Shown: positions 7,322 through 15,500 of the stretch, in pieces
How positions within the stretch are numbered: position 1 is the first letter of the stretch
Layout: every line of letters begins with the position of its first letter
Origin: Propionibacterium ruminifibrarum
Lineage (GTDB): Bacteria > Actinomycetota > Actinomycetes > Propionibacteriales > Propionibacteriaceae
Length of the DNA stretch: 32,000 nucleotides
Assembly (NCBI RefSeq): GCF_900289195.1
Contig: NZ_OMOH01000005.1
Location: 210,001-242,000, forward strand
Direction of reading: 5' to 3'
Notes under the pieces: generated by a model
Seen by the model: the letters and a program-made list of their open reading frames with translations, nothing else
What the model was told of the DNA's origin: nothing
Database searches by the model: none
Position numbers and translations under genes: made by a program

Positions 7322-8071
7322 TCAGGCGGAATACCACAGGTAGCAGGCCAGGATGATGCCGGCGATGCCGATGATCCAGCGCAGCACCCGGTCGGGGATG
7401 CGCTGGGCGATGACCGGGCCGAACCACCCGCCGATCATCGAGCCGACCAGAAGCGCGATGGCCGCCCACCAGGCGACCCTTCCGGCGCAGATGAACCAGA
7501 CCGACGAGCTCAGGTTCGCCGCGGCGATGACGAGCGTCTTGAGGTAGACGGTCGTGCTCAGTTCGGCGCTGGTGGCGATCATCGTGACCGTCAGGTACAT
7601 GAGCGCCGAGCCCGCGCCGAAGTACCCGCCGTAGACGAACACCAGCATGATCACCAGGCCGTAGAGCCAGCGCGGCCACTCCTCGCCGTGCTGCAGGTCA
7701 CGCAGCCGCGGACTCGCCAGGATCATGAGCGCCGAGGCCAGGACGAGCCAGGGCACGACGACAGCGAAGGTGCCGTCCCCGCCCACCAGCAGCAGGCAGG
7801 CCCCGATGAGCCCGCCGATGGCGCCGGCGATCGACTGGACGATGACGCTGCGCCTGTTGCTCCTGGGCAGAAAGGTGGGCGCGCCCTTCACCGCGGACCC
7901 CAGGGCCGACCCGAGGAGCCCGACCGTGTTCGTCGCATTGGCCGTGACCGGGGGCACGCCCAGCATGACCAGCGCCGGGTAGCTGACCAGCGAGGCCATC
8001 CCGGTGAGGTAGCCGACGATGCCCGCGGCGACACCGGCCAGGACGACAGTTGACAAGGCGAACACGGTCAC
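7322..8071 (-). CDS. TSUP family (TauE/SafE, DUF81) anion exporter-like membrane protein, paralog 1 (249 aa)
   Basis: GTG start. GYLTGMASLVSYP, PPVTANATN and YGGYFGAGS blocks; about 8 hydrophobic segments typical of TSUP. Confidence 0.85.
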   Translation of the reverse strand: MTVFALSTVVLAGVAAGIVGYLTGMASLVSYPALVMLGVPPVTANATNTVGLLGSALGSAVKGAPTFLPRSNRRSVIVQSIAGAIGGLIGACLLLVGGDGTFAVVVPWLVLASALMILASPRLRDLQHGEEWPRWLYGLVIMLVFVYGGYFGAGSALMYLTVTMIATSAELSTTVYLKTLVIAAANLSSSVWFICAGRVAWWAAIALLVGSMIGGWFGPVIAQRIPDRVLRWIIGIAGIILACYLWYSA

Positions 8072-8166
8072 GGCGCAACGCTACGCGGTGCCGTTGCCGG
8101 TGCACGCCCGGAACCACGATCCGGTTGATCTGCCCGCCAGTGCGTGCCGCCGCCTCGGGGCGGCCC

Positions 8167-8907
8167 TCACGCCGAGAACCACAGGTAGCAGGCCAGCCCG
8201 ATGCCCCCGACACCGATCGCCCACCGCAGCACCCTCTCGGGGATGAACCGCTGGACCATCGGCCCCAACCAGCCACCGGTGAAGAAACCGACCGCCAGGG
8301 CCAGCGCTACGGGCCAGTTCACCTCGCCGCTGAAGACGAAGTAGAACCCGGCCGCCAGGTTGCTGACCGACATGAGCGTCGTCTTGAACCACACCGCCTG
8401 GTTGAAGCTCAACGAGGTGGCCAGCGTCGTCAGGGCCATGAAGATGACACCCGAGCCGGCGCCGAAGTACCCGCCGTAGATGCACACGAGATAGAGCAGT
8501 GCGTCGTACAGCCAGACGGGCCAGGTGCCGTCGGACTGGATGCTCTTGATGCGCGGGCCGGCCAGCAGCAGGACAGCGGCCAGCAGCACGAGGTAGGGGA
8601 CGATGTGCTCGAAGACCCCGTCGCCGCTGACCAGCAGCAGGAATCCTCCGGTGAGCCCGCCGAGACCGGCGATGAGCCCCTGGACGATGACCTGGCGGCG
8701 GCCCATGTCGGGCATGTACGAGCCGGCACCCCTGATCGTCGAGCCGAGGCCGACCGAGACCATGCCGATCGTATTCGTCACATTGGCCGAGACCGGCGGC
8801 AGCCCGACGGCCAGCAGCATCGGGTAGCTGACGAGTGAGGCCAGGCCGGTCAGATAGCCGATGAGCCCGGCCACCACGGAGGCGGCGAGGACGACGAGCA
8901 GGCTCAT
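8167..8907 (-). CDS. TSUP family (TauE/SafE, DUF81) membrane protein, paralog 2 (246 aa)
   Basis: ATG at 8905-8907 (MSLLVVLAASVV...) inside ORF 8167..8967. Collinear with paralog 1, including the C-terminus RVLRWAIGVGGIGLACYLWFSA versus RVLRWIIGIAGIILACYLWYSA. Confidence 0.85.
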   Translation of the reverse strand: MSLLVVLAASVVAGLIGYLTGLASLVSYPMLLAVGLPPVSANVTNTIGMVSVGLGSTIRGAGSYMPDMGRRQVIVQGLIAGLGGLTGGFLLLVSGDGVFEHIVPYLVLLAAVLLLAGPRIKSIQSDGTWPVWLYDALLYLVCIYGGYFGAGSGVIFMALTTLATSLSFNQAVWFKTTLMSVSNLAAGFYFVFSGEVNWPVALALAVGFFTGGWLGPMVQRFIPERVLRWAIGVGGIGLACYLWFSA

Positions 8908-9110
8908 GGCGGTCACATGGTGCGACCTTAGCCGCGCCCCGGCGTGCCGGGGCCGCGCGGTCAGCACGCGGTCGTCCGCCGGGGCGCCGTCGTGATCGGC
9001 GATCCGCCGGTCATCGCCACGGCAGCCGGCCCGTTTCCGCGGACCCGCCCTGGCCCCGGCGACTCGGCGGTCCTCATCGGGCAGCCGGCACCAGGCCTAC
9101 CCTGGGGTGC

Positions 9111-9824
9111 ATGACGAACGATCCGACCGCCGCCCCCGGAAGCGATCCGAGCGAGGAGAACCCCTGGGCGATGCAGCTCGTCGTCCTGCGCGACAAGCAC
9201 GCCCTCGCCCGCGAGGTCGACGTCTGCGAGGCCGCGGCACGGGCCGTCGTGGGGCTACTCGACGACGAACGTGCCGCGCCCGGCGGTCCCTGGAACCAGG
9301 CCATCCACGCCTGGGCCGACGGCGGCCGCATCCGCAAGCTCGTGCGTCGCGCCGACGGCAAGCGCTGGGACGACGTGCAGGAGCTGCCCGGCGTGCTCGT
9401 CACCCAGGCCGGGCCCGAGGGATTCGGACCCGCCGGGGTTCGGGCCTTTCCGCCCTGCCCGGAGCACCCGCTGCCCAAGACTCTCAGCAAGCTGCAGATG
9501 GGCGGCACCGTTTTCCCGTCCGAGCACGCCAGCGCGCACACCGCGGCGCAGGTCCTCATCGAGGTGACCCCGCTCGAGCAGATCACCAGCGGCAAGCTCG
9601 CGGCCCAGTGCGCCCACGCCGCGCAGCTGCTCTACGCGGCCCTGGACGAACCCCGCCGCGCCCAGTGGCGGGCCGACGGCTTCCGGGTCGAGGTGCGCTG
9701 GCCGGACAGGGGCGAGTGGGCGGCGAATCCGCGGCCGGTGAGCGTCGTCGATGCCGGGTTCACCGAACTCGACGGGCCCACCGAGACGGCCCGCGCCGTG
9801 TGGCGCGCCGATCTGGAATCCTGA
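9111..9824 (+). CDS. PTH2-like (peptidyl-tRNA hydrolase 2 family) protein with two tandem PTH2-like modules (237 aa)
   Basis: The C-terminal module has VLIEVTP...SGKLAAQCAHAA...W...GFRVEV...VVDAGFTEL.G.TETA, matching the PTH2 pattern (GK.AAQC.HA; DAG.T). The N-terminal module (MQLVVLRD...W..GGRIRKLV...VLVTQAG...VRAFPP...LSKLQM) follows the same order but lacks the GK..AQ..H motif. Confidence 0.5.
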   Translation: MTNDPTAAPGSDPSEENPWAMQLVVLRDKHALAREVDVCEAAARAVVGLLDDERAAPGGPWNQAIHAWADGGRIRKLVRRADGKRWDDVQELPGVLVTQAGPEGFGPAGVRAFPPCPEHPLPKTLSKLQMGGTVFPSEHASAHTAAQVLIEVTPLEQITSGKLAAQCAHAAQLLYAALDEPRRAQWRADGFRVEVRWPDRGEWAANPRPVSVVDAGFTELDGPTETARAVWRADLES

Positions 9825-9877
9825 TCCACGCGGGCGGGCCTGCCCGGCACATGGGTGAAGCGGCACGGGGAATGGTC

Positions 9878-10108
9878 TCAGCCGGGCTCGGAGCCCGAGC
9901 TCGACGGCGGCCGGCCCCGCCTCGGGATCGGCCTGATGTCCGAGGGAAGCCGCCCGGCGCGTCGCAGCGCCTCACGCAGGATCACCTCGACCTGGGCGTT
10001 CACCGAACGCATCTCGTCGCCGGCCCAGCGCTGCAACGCGTCGTGCACCGCCGGGTCGAGACGCAGCAGCACCTGCTTGCGTTCGTGCCTGTGCTCGCGT
10101 TCAGCCAT
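9878..10108 (-). CDS. Ribbon-helix-helix (Arc/CopG/MetJ-type) DNA-binding protein (76 aa)
   Basis: KQVLLRLDPAVHDALQRWAGDEMRSVNAQVEVILREAL fits beta-strand/helix/helix. The C-terminal tail is basic and Pro-rich. The start lies 3 nt after the SPFH stop codon, so the two genes are co-transcribed. Confidence 0.7.
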   Translation of the reverse strand: MAEREHRHERKQVLLRLDPAVHDALQRWAGDEMRSVNAQVEVILREALRRAGRLPSDIRPIPRRGRPPSSSGSEPG

Positions 10109-10111
10109 CGG

Positions 10112-11038
10112 TCAGGCGTACAGAGTGCCCGTGTTCACCACGGGGGTGGCCCTGGAATCGGAGCACAGCACGACGAGCAGGTTCGAGACCATGGCCGCCT
10201 TGCGCTCGTCGTCGAGTGCGACGATGTCCTGGCCCTCGAGGCGGTCGAGGGCGTTGCTAACCATCGACACGGCGCCCTCGACGATCTTCTCGCGGGCCGC
10301 GATGACGGCGGCCGCCTGCTGACGCTGCAGCATCGCCTGGGCGATCTCGGGGGCATAGGCCAGTGAACTGATCCGCGTCTCGATGACGGTCAGACCGGCG
10401 ATGGTGATGCGGGCGGCGACCTCGGCCGCCAGCTCGGCGGCGATCGACTCGGTCGAGCCCCTCAGGGTCTCCTGGCCGGGCGCGGCGTTGTCGTACGGGT
10501 GGGCGCCGGCGACGTGGCGCAGCGCCGACTCCGACTGTACGTCGACGAACTCCTCCGCGTCCTCGACCGCGAAGACGGCCTTGGCCGTGTCCGCCACCTG
10601 CCAGACGACGATGGCGGCGATGTTCACCGGATTGCCGTCGGCGTCGTTGACCTTCAGCTCGCTCGTCTCGAAGTTGTGCACCTTCACCGAGACCTTCTTC
10701 GTGGTCGTCAGCGGCACGGTCATGACCAGCCCGGTGCGCCGGATGGTGCCGACGTAGCGGCCGAAGAACTGCACGACCTTCGTGTCCCCGGGGTTCACGA
10801 TGGTGAGCCCGCTGGCCAGGAGCGAGCCGACGATGACCAGGGCGATCAGGGGCGCGGGATGGCGCGTGGTCGGGTCGGGGAGGACGGTCAGGACGCCCGC
10901 GCCGAAGCAGGCCAGGACGACGAGCAGCCCGATCCCGCCGTTGATCGCCGGTGCCTTCCGTTCCTCGACGTCGATACCGCGGACCAGTTCGCTGAACGTG
11001 GCCTCTGGCTGGGGCATGGTGCGTTCTTCGTCGCTCAT
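10112..11038 (-). CDS. SPFH / band 7 (stomatin-prohibitin-flotillin-HflKC) domain membrane protein (308 aa)
   Basis: N-terminal TM segments (GIGLLVVLACFGAGVLTVL; LIALVIVGSLLASGLTIV), then VVQFFGRYVGT..RTGL......T.KVS.KV.NFE...LKVND..GNPV.I and a C-terminal Ala/Gln-rich helix (AQAMLQRQQAAAVIAAR). Strong SD GAGGAG upstream. Confidence 0.9.
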   Translation of the reverse strand: MSDEERTMPQPEATFSELVRGIDVEERKAPAINGGIGLLVVLACFGAGVLTVLPDPTTRHPAPLIALVIVGSLLASGLTIVNPGDTKVVQFFGRYVGTIRRTGLVMTVPLTTTKKVSVKVHNFETSELKVNDADGNPVNIAAIVVWQVADTAKAVFAVEDAEEFVDVQSESALRHVAGAHPYDNAAPGQETLRGSTESIAAELAAEVAARITIAGLTVIETRISSLAYAPEIAQAMLQRQQAAAVIAAREKIVEGAVSMVSNALDRLEGQDIVALDDERKAAMVSNLLVVLCSDSRATPVVNTGTLYA

Positions 11039-11053
11039 GGACGCTCTCCTCTC

Positions 11054-11082
11054 AAAAGTGATAGCAGATTTATATCACTTTT
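11054..11082. promoter_or_regulatory. Perfect 10-bp-arm AT-rich inverted repeat (candidate operator) just upstream of the SPFH-RHH operon
   Basis: AAAAGTGATA (11054-11063), a 9-nt spacer, then TATCACTTTT (11073-11082). On the minus strand the spacer region reads TATAAAT (-10-like). The repeat ends 9 nt before the GAGGAG SD of the SPFH gene. Confidence 0.45.
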
Positions 11083-11168
11083 CCTGGTTTCTGGGGAGAG
11101 CCGGAACAGGGCCTGGTGCGGGTTCGTGTCCCGGAGCCATGCGCCGGGGAGTGGGCATCCATGCGCGG

Positions 11169-11199
11169 CGAGGGCGCCCGGGGATCCCGGGCGCCCTCG
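11169..11199 (-). terminator. GC-rich hairpin terminator downstream of cysK
   Basis: CGAGGGCGCCCGG (11169-11181) and CCGGGCGCCCTCG (11187-11199) form a perfect 13-bp stem with a 5-nt loop, 25 nt after the cysK stop. No U-tract. Confidence 0.6.
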
Positions 11200-11223
11200 T
11201 GCGGATCGAGTGGTCGTGGACGA

Positions 11224-12189
11224 TCACAGCTCCACGTCGTGCACCTCGAGCTCGGGGAACTGGCCGAGTGCGGTGGACAGGTAGCGGTCGCCGGAATCGG
11301 GCAGGACGGCGACGATGAGCTTGCCCTTGTTCTCGGGCCGGGCGGCCACCTGCAGGGCGCCGGCGAGGGCCGTGCCCGAGCTGATGCCGGTGAAAATGCC
11401 CTCCGAGGTGCCCAGGCGGCGCGCCTGCTCGATGGAGTCCTCGTCGGTGATGTCGAGAACCTCGTCGTAGATGGAGGTGTCAAGGGTGTTCGGGACGAAC
11501 CCGGTGCCGATGCCCTGCAGGCCGTGCGGGCCGGCGGGCTTGCCGTTGAGGATGGCGCTCTTGGCGGGCTCGAGGCCGATCACCTTGATGTTCGGGTTCT
11601 GCTCCTTGAGGTACTTGCCGGCGCCCGACAGGGTGCCGCCGGTGCCGATGCCGGCGACGAGGATGTCGATGGCGCCATCGGTGTCGGCCCAGATCTCAGG
11701 GCCGGTCGTCCGGTAGTGGATGGCCGGGTTCGCGGGATTGTCGAACTGGCCCAGCAGCACCGAGTTGGGATCGGCCTCGTGCAGCTGGTTGGCGTAGGCG
11801 ATGGCCCCCTTGATGGCCAGCGGGCCGGGGGTCAGGATGACCTCACCGCCATAGGCCTGGATGAGCGCGCGGCGCTCCACGGACAGGCTGGCCGGCAGCA
11901 CGACCTTGACCTTGTACCCACGGGCGGTACCGATGGCGGCCAGGCCGATACCGGTGTTGCCGCTGGAGGGCTCGATGATGGTGCCGCCGGGCTTCAACAG
12001 GCCCTTCTCCTCGGCATCCGTGATCATGGCCAGGGCAATACGGTCCTTGACCGAGCCGGCGGGATTGAAGTATTCGAGCTTGAAAGCGATGTTCGCGTCC
12101 TCGGCATTGTTCGCGGCGAGGAAGTGGGGGGCGCGGACGAGGGGTGTACCGCCGATGACGTCGGTGATGGAGGAATGAATTCCGGGCAT
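11224..12189 (-). CDS. cysK: Cysteine synthase A (O-acetylserine sulfhydrylase), 321 aa
   Basis: ATG at 12187-12189 with AAAGGAA upstream. PLP-lysine block NPAGSVKDR, SSGNTGIGLA, GIGTGGTLSG. Full-length collinearity with CysK. Confidence 0.95.
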   Translation of the reverse strand: MPGIHSSITDVIGGTPLVRAPHFLAANNAEDANIAFKLEYFNPAGSVKDRIALAMITDAEEKGLLKPGGTIIEPSSGNTGIGLAAIGTARGYKVKVVLPASLSVERRALIQAYGGEVILTPGPLAIKGAIAYANQLHEADPNSVLLGQFDNPANPAIHYRTTGPEIWADTDGAIDILVAGIGTGGTLSGAGKYLKEQNPNIKVIGLEPAKSAILNGKPAGPHGLQGIGTGFVPNTLDTSIYDEVLDITDEDSIEQARRLGTSEGIFTGISSGTALAGALQVAARPENKGKLIVAVLPDSGDRYLSTALGQFPELEVHDVEL

Positions 12190-12571
12190 GACTGATTCCT
12201 TTTCAGGATGAAAGAACAGGGAGATTCCGAATCGAAGGACTCGGGTGAATTTCGCCGATCGACCGTGCCTTGTCCAGTCAGGATCCACGAGTGCAAGCAG
12301 GGGACTGAGTGGGGCGGGGTTGACCGGGTGGCCCCGCCAGGCGCGCGATGGCGGCTACGACGACAGGACCGTGATCAGCGGGAACAGGTGCAACACATCA
12401 TCGCGGAGACGACACGCATCATGTCGATGTGGCGTCGGGCAACGAGGTAGACCATGCGAGCAACGGTAGCGTATGAATTCGCAGAGGACAAAATCTGGCG
12501 CCGAACCGATGCCAACTCACGGGAACCGGCAAACCCGGGCACAGGCAATTCCGGTCAGTCCCATTCACGGA

Positions 12572-13612
12572 TCAGTCCCATTTCCGGATGATCTCGGCCG
12601 TGAAACGAAGCCAGTCGTGCATGGCGGCGTCGTCCAGACCCGCGATCGGACGGGTGTCGAGGGCGAGGACGTCGCCGGGCCACAGAGCGGCATCGACGGC
12701 TCCCGGCCGGGTCCAGTCCATGGGGGAGAAAATGCCGTGGGCGGCCAGTTCGGCGTCGATCGCCGGCGCCCTGGTCGTGCGGAGCAGCAGCGGGCCCGGG
12801 ACGCCCGGGTTGATCATCCTGGCGCCGGACCCGGACAGCGCGCCGGCCAGGACGTGAGCATTCTGGGCCGTCCGCCTGGCCAGGGCGTCCCCATCGAGGT
12901 CCCCCAACACCCGGCGCGTGACGGTGCTGGGCGCGGTGGGGGAGAGCGACTCGTCGAAGTGGGCCTCGGCCCGCGCCAGGGCGTCCAGGTAGCGCCCGGC
13001 GCCCGACGGGAAGGGCCGCTGCGGCTCGCCGCGGGCCAGGACGGGCAGGTCACCGCGGAGCGCGAGGACCTCGCCCGGAGGGTTCTGGCCGGGGACCGCC
13101 AGGTCCGACTCGAGCCCGATACCATCCCGTACGTGCACCAGCGCCCCGTCGGCGACGGGCAGCAGCTTGCGCAGGCTCGCCAGGGACGCGTCACACCAGC
13201 TGGGCCGGGCGCCCGAGGCCGTGTCGGCGAGGATCGCATGGGTGGCGTCGTCGATGACCAGGCCGCCGTCGCGTCGCGTCGCGGCCAGCTCGGCACGAAG
13301 TCGTGGCGAGGGCCCCGAACCGCCGGTACGAGCCACCAGCACCGCGACGGGCCCGTCATGACCGGCCCGGGCCGTGCGCAACGAGTCAGCGTCCATGACG
13401 AGCCGCTCGTCCACGGCAACGAAACGCACCGACATCCCCTCGAGCCAGAAGGGCGTGATCATCGTGGTGCAGCAGAAGGCCGGCGCCAGCACGGTGCTGA
13501 TGCCCGTGCTGCGGCACCAGCGGGCCAGCAGGCCCAGGCCCTGCCTGCCCGAGCCGACGGCCAGGGCCGAACCCGGCCGGCCCCACCCCGACACCGCCCA
13601 GTCGATCGTCAT
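12572..13612 (-). CDS. Divergent DegT/DnrJ/EryC1-like (fold-type I PLP) protein, function unknown (346 aa)
   Basis: Pattern GSGRQGLGLL....G..TVLAPAFCCTTMITPF...G..VRFVAVD...MD..SL......VAVLV...GG......LAA.....GLVIDDATHA...........D..LASLRKLLPVADGALV mirrors the DegT family layout, including a Lys where the PLP lysine would sit. This is low-similarity, by-eye recognition only. Confidence 0.4.
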   Translation of the reverse strand: MTIDWAVSGWGRPGSALAVGSGRQGLGLLARWCRSTGISTVLAPAFCCTTMITPFWLEGMSVRFVAVDERLVMDADSLRTARAGHDGPVAVLVARTGGSGPSPRLRAELAATRRDGGLVIDDATHAILADTASGARPSWCDASLASLRKLLPVADGALVHVRDGIGLESDLAVPGQNPPGEVLALRGDLPVLARGEPQRPFPSGAGRYLDALARAEAHFDESLSPTAPSTVTRRVLGDLDGDALARRTAQNAHVLAGALSGSGARMINPGVPGPLLLRTTRAPAIDAELAAHGIFSPMDWTRPGAVDAALWPGDVLALDTRPIAGLDDAAMHDWLRFTAEIIRKWD

Positions 13613-13703
13613 GCCCCCACGCTAAGCCGCACGCCGTACCCGGTGCCCGCCCCGTCGGCTGACACGCCGGACCGGCGGCCGCGCATCGTGCGAGCATGGA
13701 GGC

Positions 13704-14921
13704 ATGAGCACGCAGCAGAACGTTTCAGCCGCACCCGACTTCCGCGCCATGGGGGCCGGTCTCACCGATCAGCTCGGTGCCCTGCGCCGAGAGCTCCACC
13801 AGATCCCCGAACTCGGCTTCGACCTTCCGCGGACGAAGTCCCGCCTGCTGCAGGAGTTCACCGGCATGCCCGTCGAGATCCGCGAGTTCGACGGCTGGTC
13901 GGCCTTCGTCGTCATCGTCCGCGGCGACAGGCCCGGCCCCGTGGTCCTCGTGCGCGGCGACATGGACGCCCTGCCCGTGCGCGAGGACTCCGGCGAGGAC
14001 TTCGCCTCCACCGGCGACTCCATGCACGCCTGCGGCCACGACATGCACATGGCCGCCCTCGTCGGGGCCGTGAAGATGATCGCCTACCATCGCGCCGCCC
14101 TGGCCGGCTCGGTCATGTTCATGTTCCAGCCCGCCGAGGAGACCGCCGGCGGGGCCAGGCGCATGCTCGACGAAGGCCTGCTCGATCTCGCCGGTGAGCG
14201 TCCCGTCGCGGCCTGGGGCGTTCACGAGATGCCCTATCCAGCCGGCACCGTGCACGTCCGGGTCGGCGCCCAGATGGCCTCGAACTGTCAGCTCGTCGCC
14301 ACCTTCCACGGCAGGGGCGGTCACGGTTCGGCGCCGCACACCGCCATCGACCCGGTGCCGGCCGTCCTCGACTTCGGACAGCAGCTGCAGACGCTCGTCA
14401 CCCGCGAGTTCAGCGTCTTCGACCCGGTCGTGTGCACCGTCACCCAGCTCGGTGCCGGGAAGATGTACAACGTCATCCACGACCAGGCCAGTCTCGGCGC
14501 GACGATCCGCGCCGTCTCGAAGGACACCACCGACCGCTTCGGGGAGCGGGCCAGGCAGATCGCCGAGCTCGTCGGCCGGATCCACCGCTGCGAGGTGGAC
14601 GCGTCGTTCCGGGTCAACTGCCCGGCCACGGTGAATGATCCCCGCGCCGCGCGGGTCGCCCTGGACACCGCACGCCGCCTCTTCGGGCCGGACCGGGTCG
14701 TCGAGATGAGCCAGCCGGTCATGGCCAGTGAGGACTTCAGCTACGTGCTGGACGAGGTGCCCGGCGCCTTCCTCTTCGTGGGCGCCCTGCCCGACGGTGT
14801 CGACCCGGTGGGAGCCCCCCAGCTGCACTCACCGCAGGCCAGGTACAACTCGAGGATCCTCGGCGACCAGGCGGCCCTCCTGTCGGCCCTGGCGTGGACC
14901 GGCGAACTGCCGCCGGCCTGA
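13704..14921 (+). CDS. M20D family amidohydrolase (N-acyl-L-amino acid amidohydrolase / hippuricase type), 405 aa
   Basis: LHQIPELGF, VLVRGDMDALPV.E, MHACGHDMHMA, FQPAEE and GGHGS.PH are the metal-binding blocks of the M20D family. GGAGG SD upstream. Confidence 0.85.
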   Translation: MSTQQNVSAAPDFRAMGAGLTDQLGALRRELHQIPELGFDLPRTKSRLLQEFTGMPVEIREFDGWSAFVVIVRGDRPGPVVLVRGDMDALPVREDSGEDFASTGDSMHACGHDMHMAALVGAVKMIAYHRAALAGSVMFMFQPAEETAGGARRMLDEGLLDLAGERPVAAWGVHEMPYPAGTVHVRVGAQMASNCQLVATFHGRGGHGSAPHTAIDPVPAVLDFGQQLQTLVTREFSVFDPVVCTVTQLGAGKMYNVIHDQASLGATIRAVSKDTTDRFGERARQIAELVGRIHRCEVDASFRVNCPATVNDPRAARVALDTARRLFGPDRVVEMSQPVMASEDFSYVLDEVPGAFLFVGALPDGVDPVGAPQLHSPQARYNSRILGDQAALLSALAWTGELPPA

Positions 14922-14974
14922 CACGCGACCTGCAGGCGTGCCGGCACAGCCGGCCCAAGGGTGGTCCGGGGCGG

Positions 14975-15475
14975 TCAGGATCGTCTGGTGACCGGGCCGT
15001 CCGCCGACCAGGGGAAGGCGATCCAGCGGTCGGTGTTCCGCCACGAGTAGTCGGGCTGGATGACGGTGGTGGGCTTGGTGTAGAGCACCGCGGAGCGCAC
15101 GTCGGCGCCATAGCCCTTGAGCAGGTCGATGACGAGTTCCATCGTGCGTCCCGAGTCGACGACGTCGTCGACGACCAGGAGCCTCTTGTCCTTGATCGAC
15201 TCGGTGTCGAGCAGTGGGGCGAGCAGGATCGGGTCGGGCAGGGTCTTGGCGATGTCGGTGTAGAACTCCACGTTGATGGCATCGGTGAGTTTCACCCCGA
15301 TCGCGTAGGTCAGTGCGCCGCCGGGGATCATGCCACCGCGGGCCACGGCAATGACGATCTCGGGTACGAAGCCGGAATCCACGATGGTCTGGGCCAGTTC
15401 ACGGGTCGCCGCACCGAAACCCTCCCAGGTGAGGATCTCCTTCTCGGCCGCATCGTCATTCGCCATGGGCCGCAT
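14975..15475 (-). CDS. Gpt-like purine (xanthine-guanine/hypoxanthine) phosphoribosyltransferase (166 aa)
   Basis: ILTWEGF......LA, IVIAVARGGMIPG, PRPP loop LLVVDDVVDSGRTM and a C-terminal W..FPW block resemble the Gpt layout. Alternative ATG at 15466. Confidence 0.8.
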   Translation of the reverse strand: MRPMANDDAAEKEILTWEGFGAATRELAQTIVDSGFVPEIVIAVARGGMIPGGALTYAIGVKLTDAINVEFYTDIAKTLPDPILLAPLLDTESIKDKRLLVVDDVVDSGRTMELVIDLLKGYGADVRSAVLYTKPTTVIQPDYSWRNTDRWIAFPWSADGPVTRRS

Positions 15476-15500
15476 CCTAGCGGCTCACCATGGGGTCAGG

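Noticed and set aside
8149-8164. Small hairpin GCCGCC-TCGG-GGCGGC just after the TSUP2 stop
   Set aside because: It has only a 6-bp stem in very GC-rich DNA, where such stems arise by chance. That is insufficient to call a terminator between the two paralogs.
9111-11038. PTH2-like + RHH + SPFH as a single toxin-antitoxin or defence cassette
   Set aside because: The PTH2-like gene is convergent with the other two, not co-transcribed. No recognisable toxin/nuclease/NTPase domain is present. The region has core-genome composition and no mobile-element hallmarks. The components are reported separately instead.
12208-12450. 80-aa plus-strand ORF (and 12245..12469 +, 12024..12296 -) inside the cysK leader
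   Set aside because: It has many A/T-ending codons, in contrast to the >85% GC3 of real genes here. It has no motif and no SD, so it is treated as non-coding.
12190-12571. SAM-type riboswitch or McbR-type (TAGAC-N6-GTCTA) operator upstream of cysK
   Set aside because: A TAGAC is present (12448-12452) but has no GTCTA partner. I could not find the conserved SAM-I/SAM-IV core sequences. This is left as an open question rather than a call.
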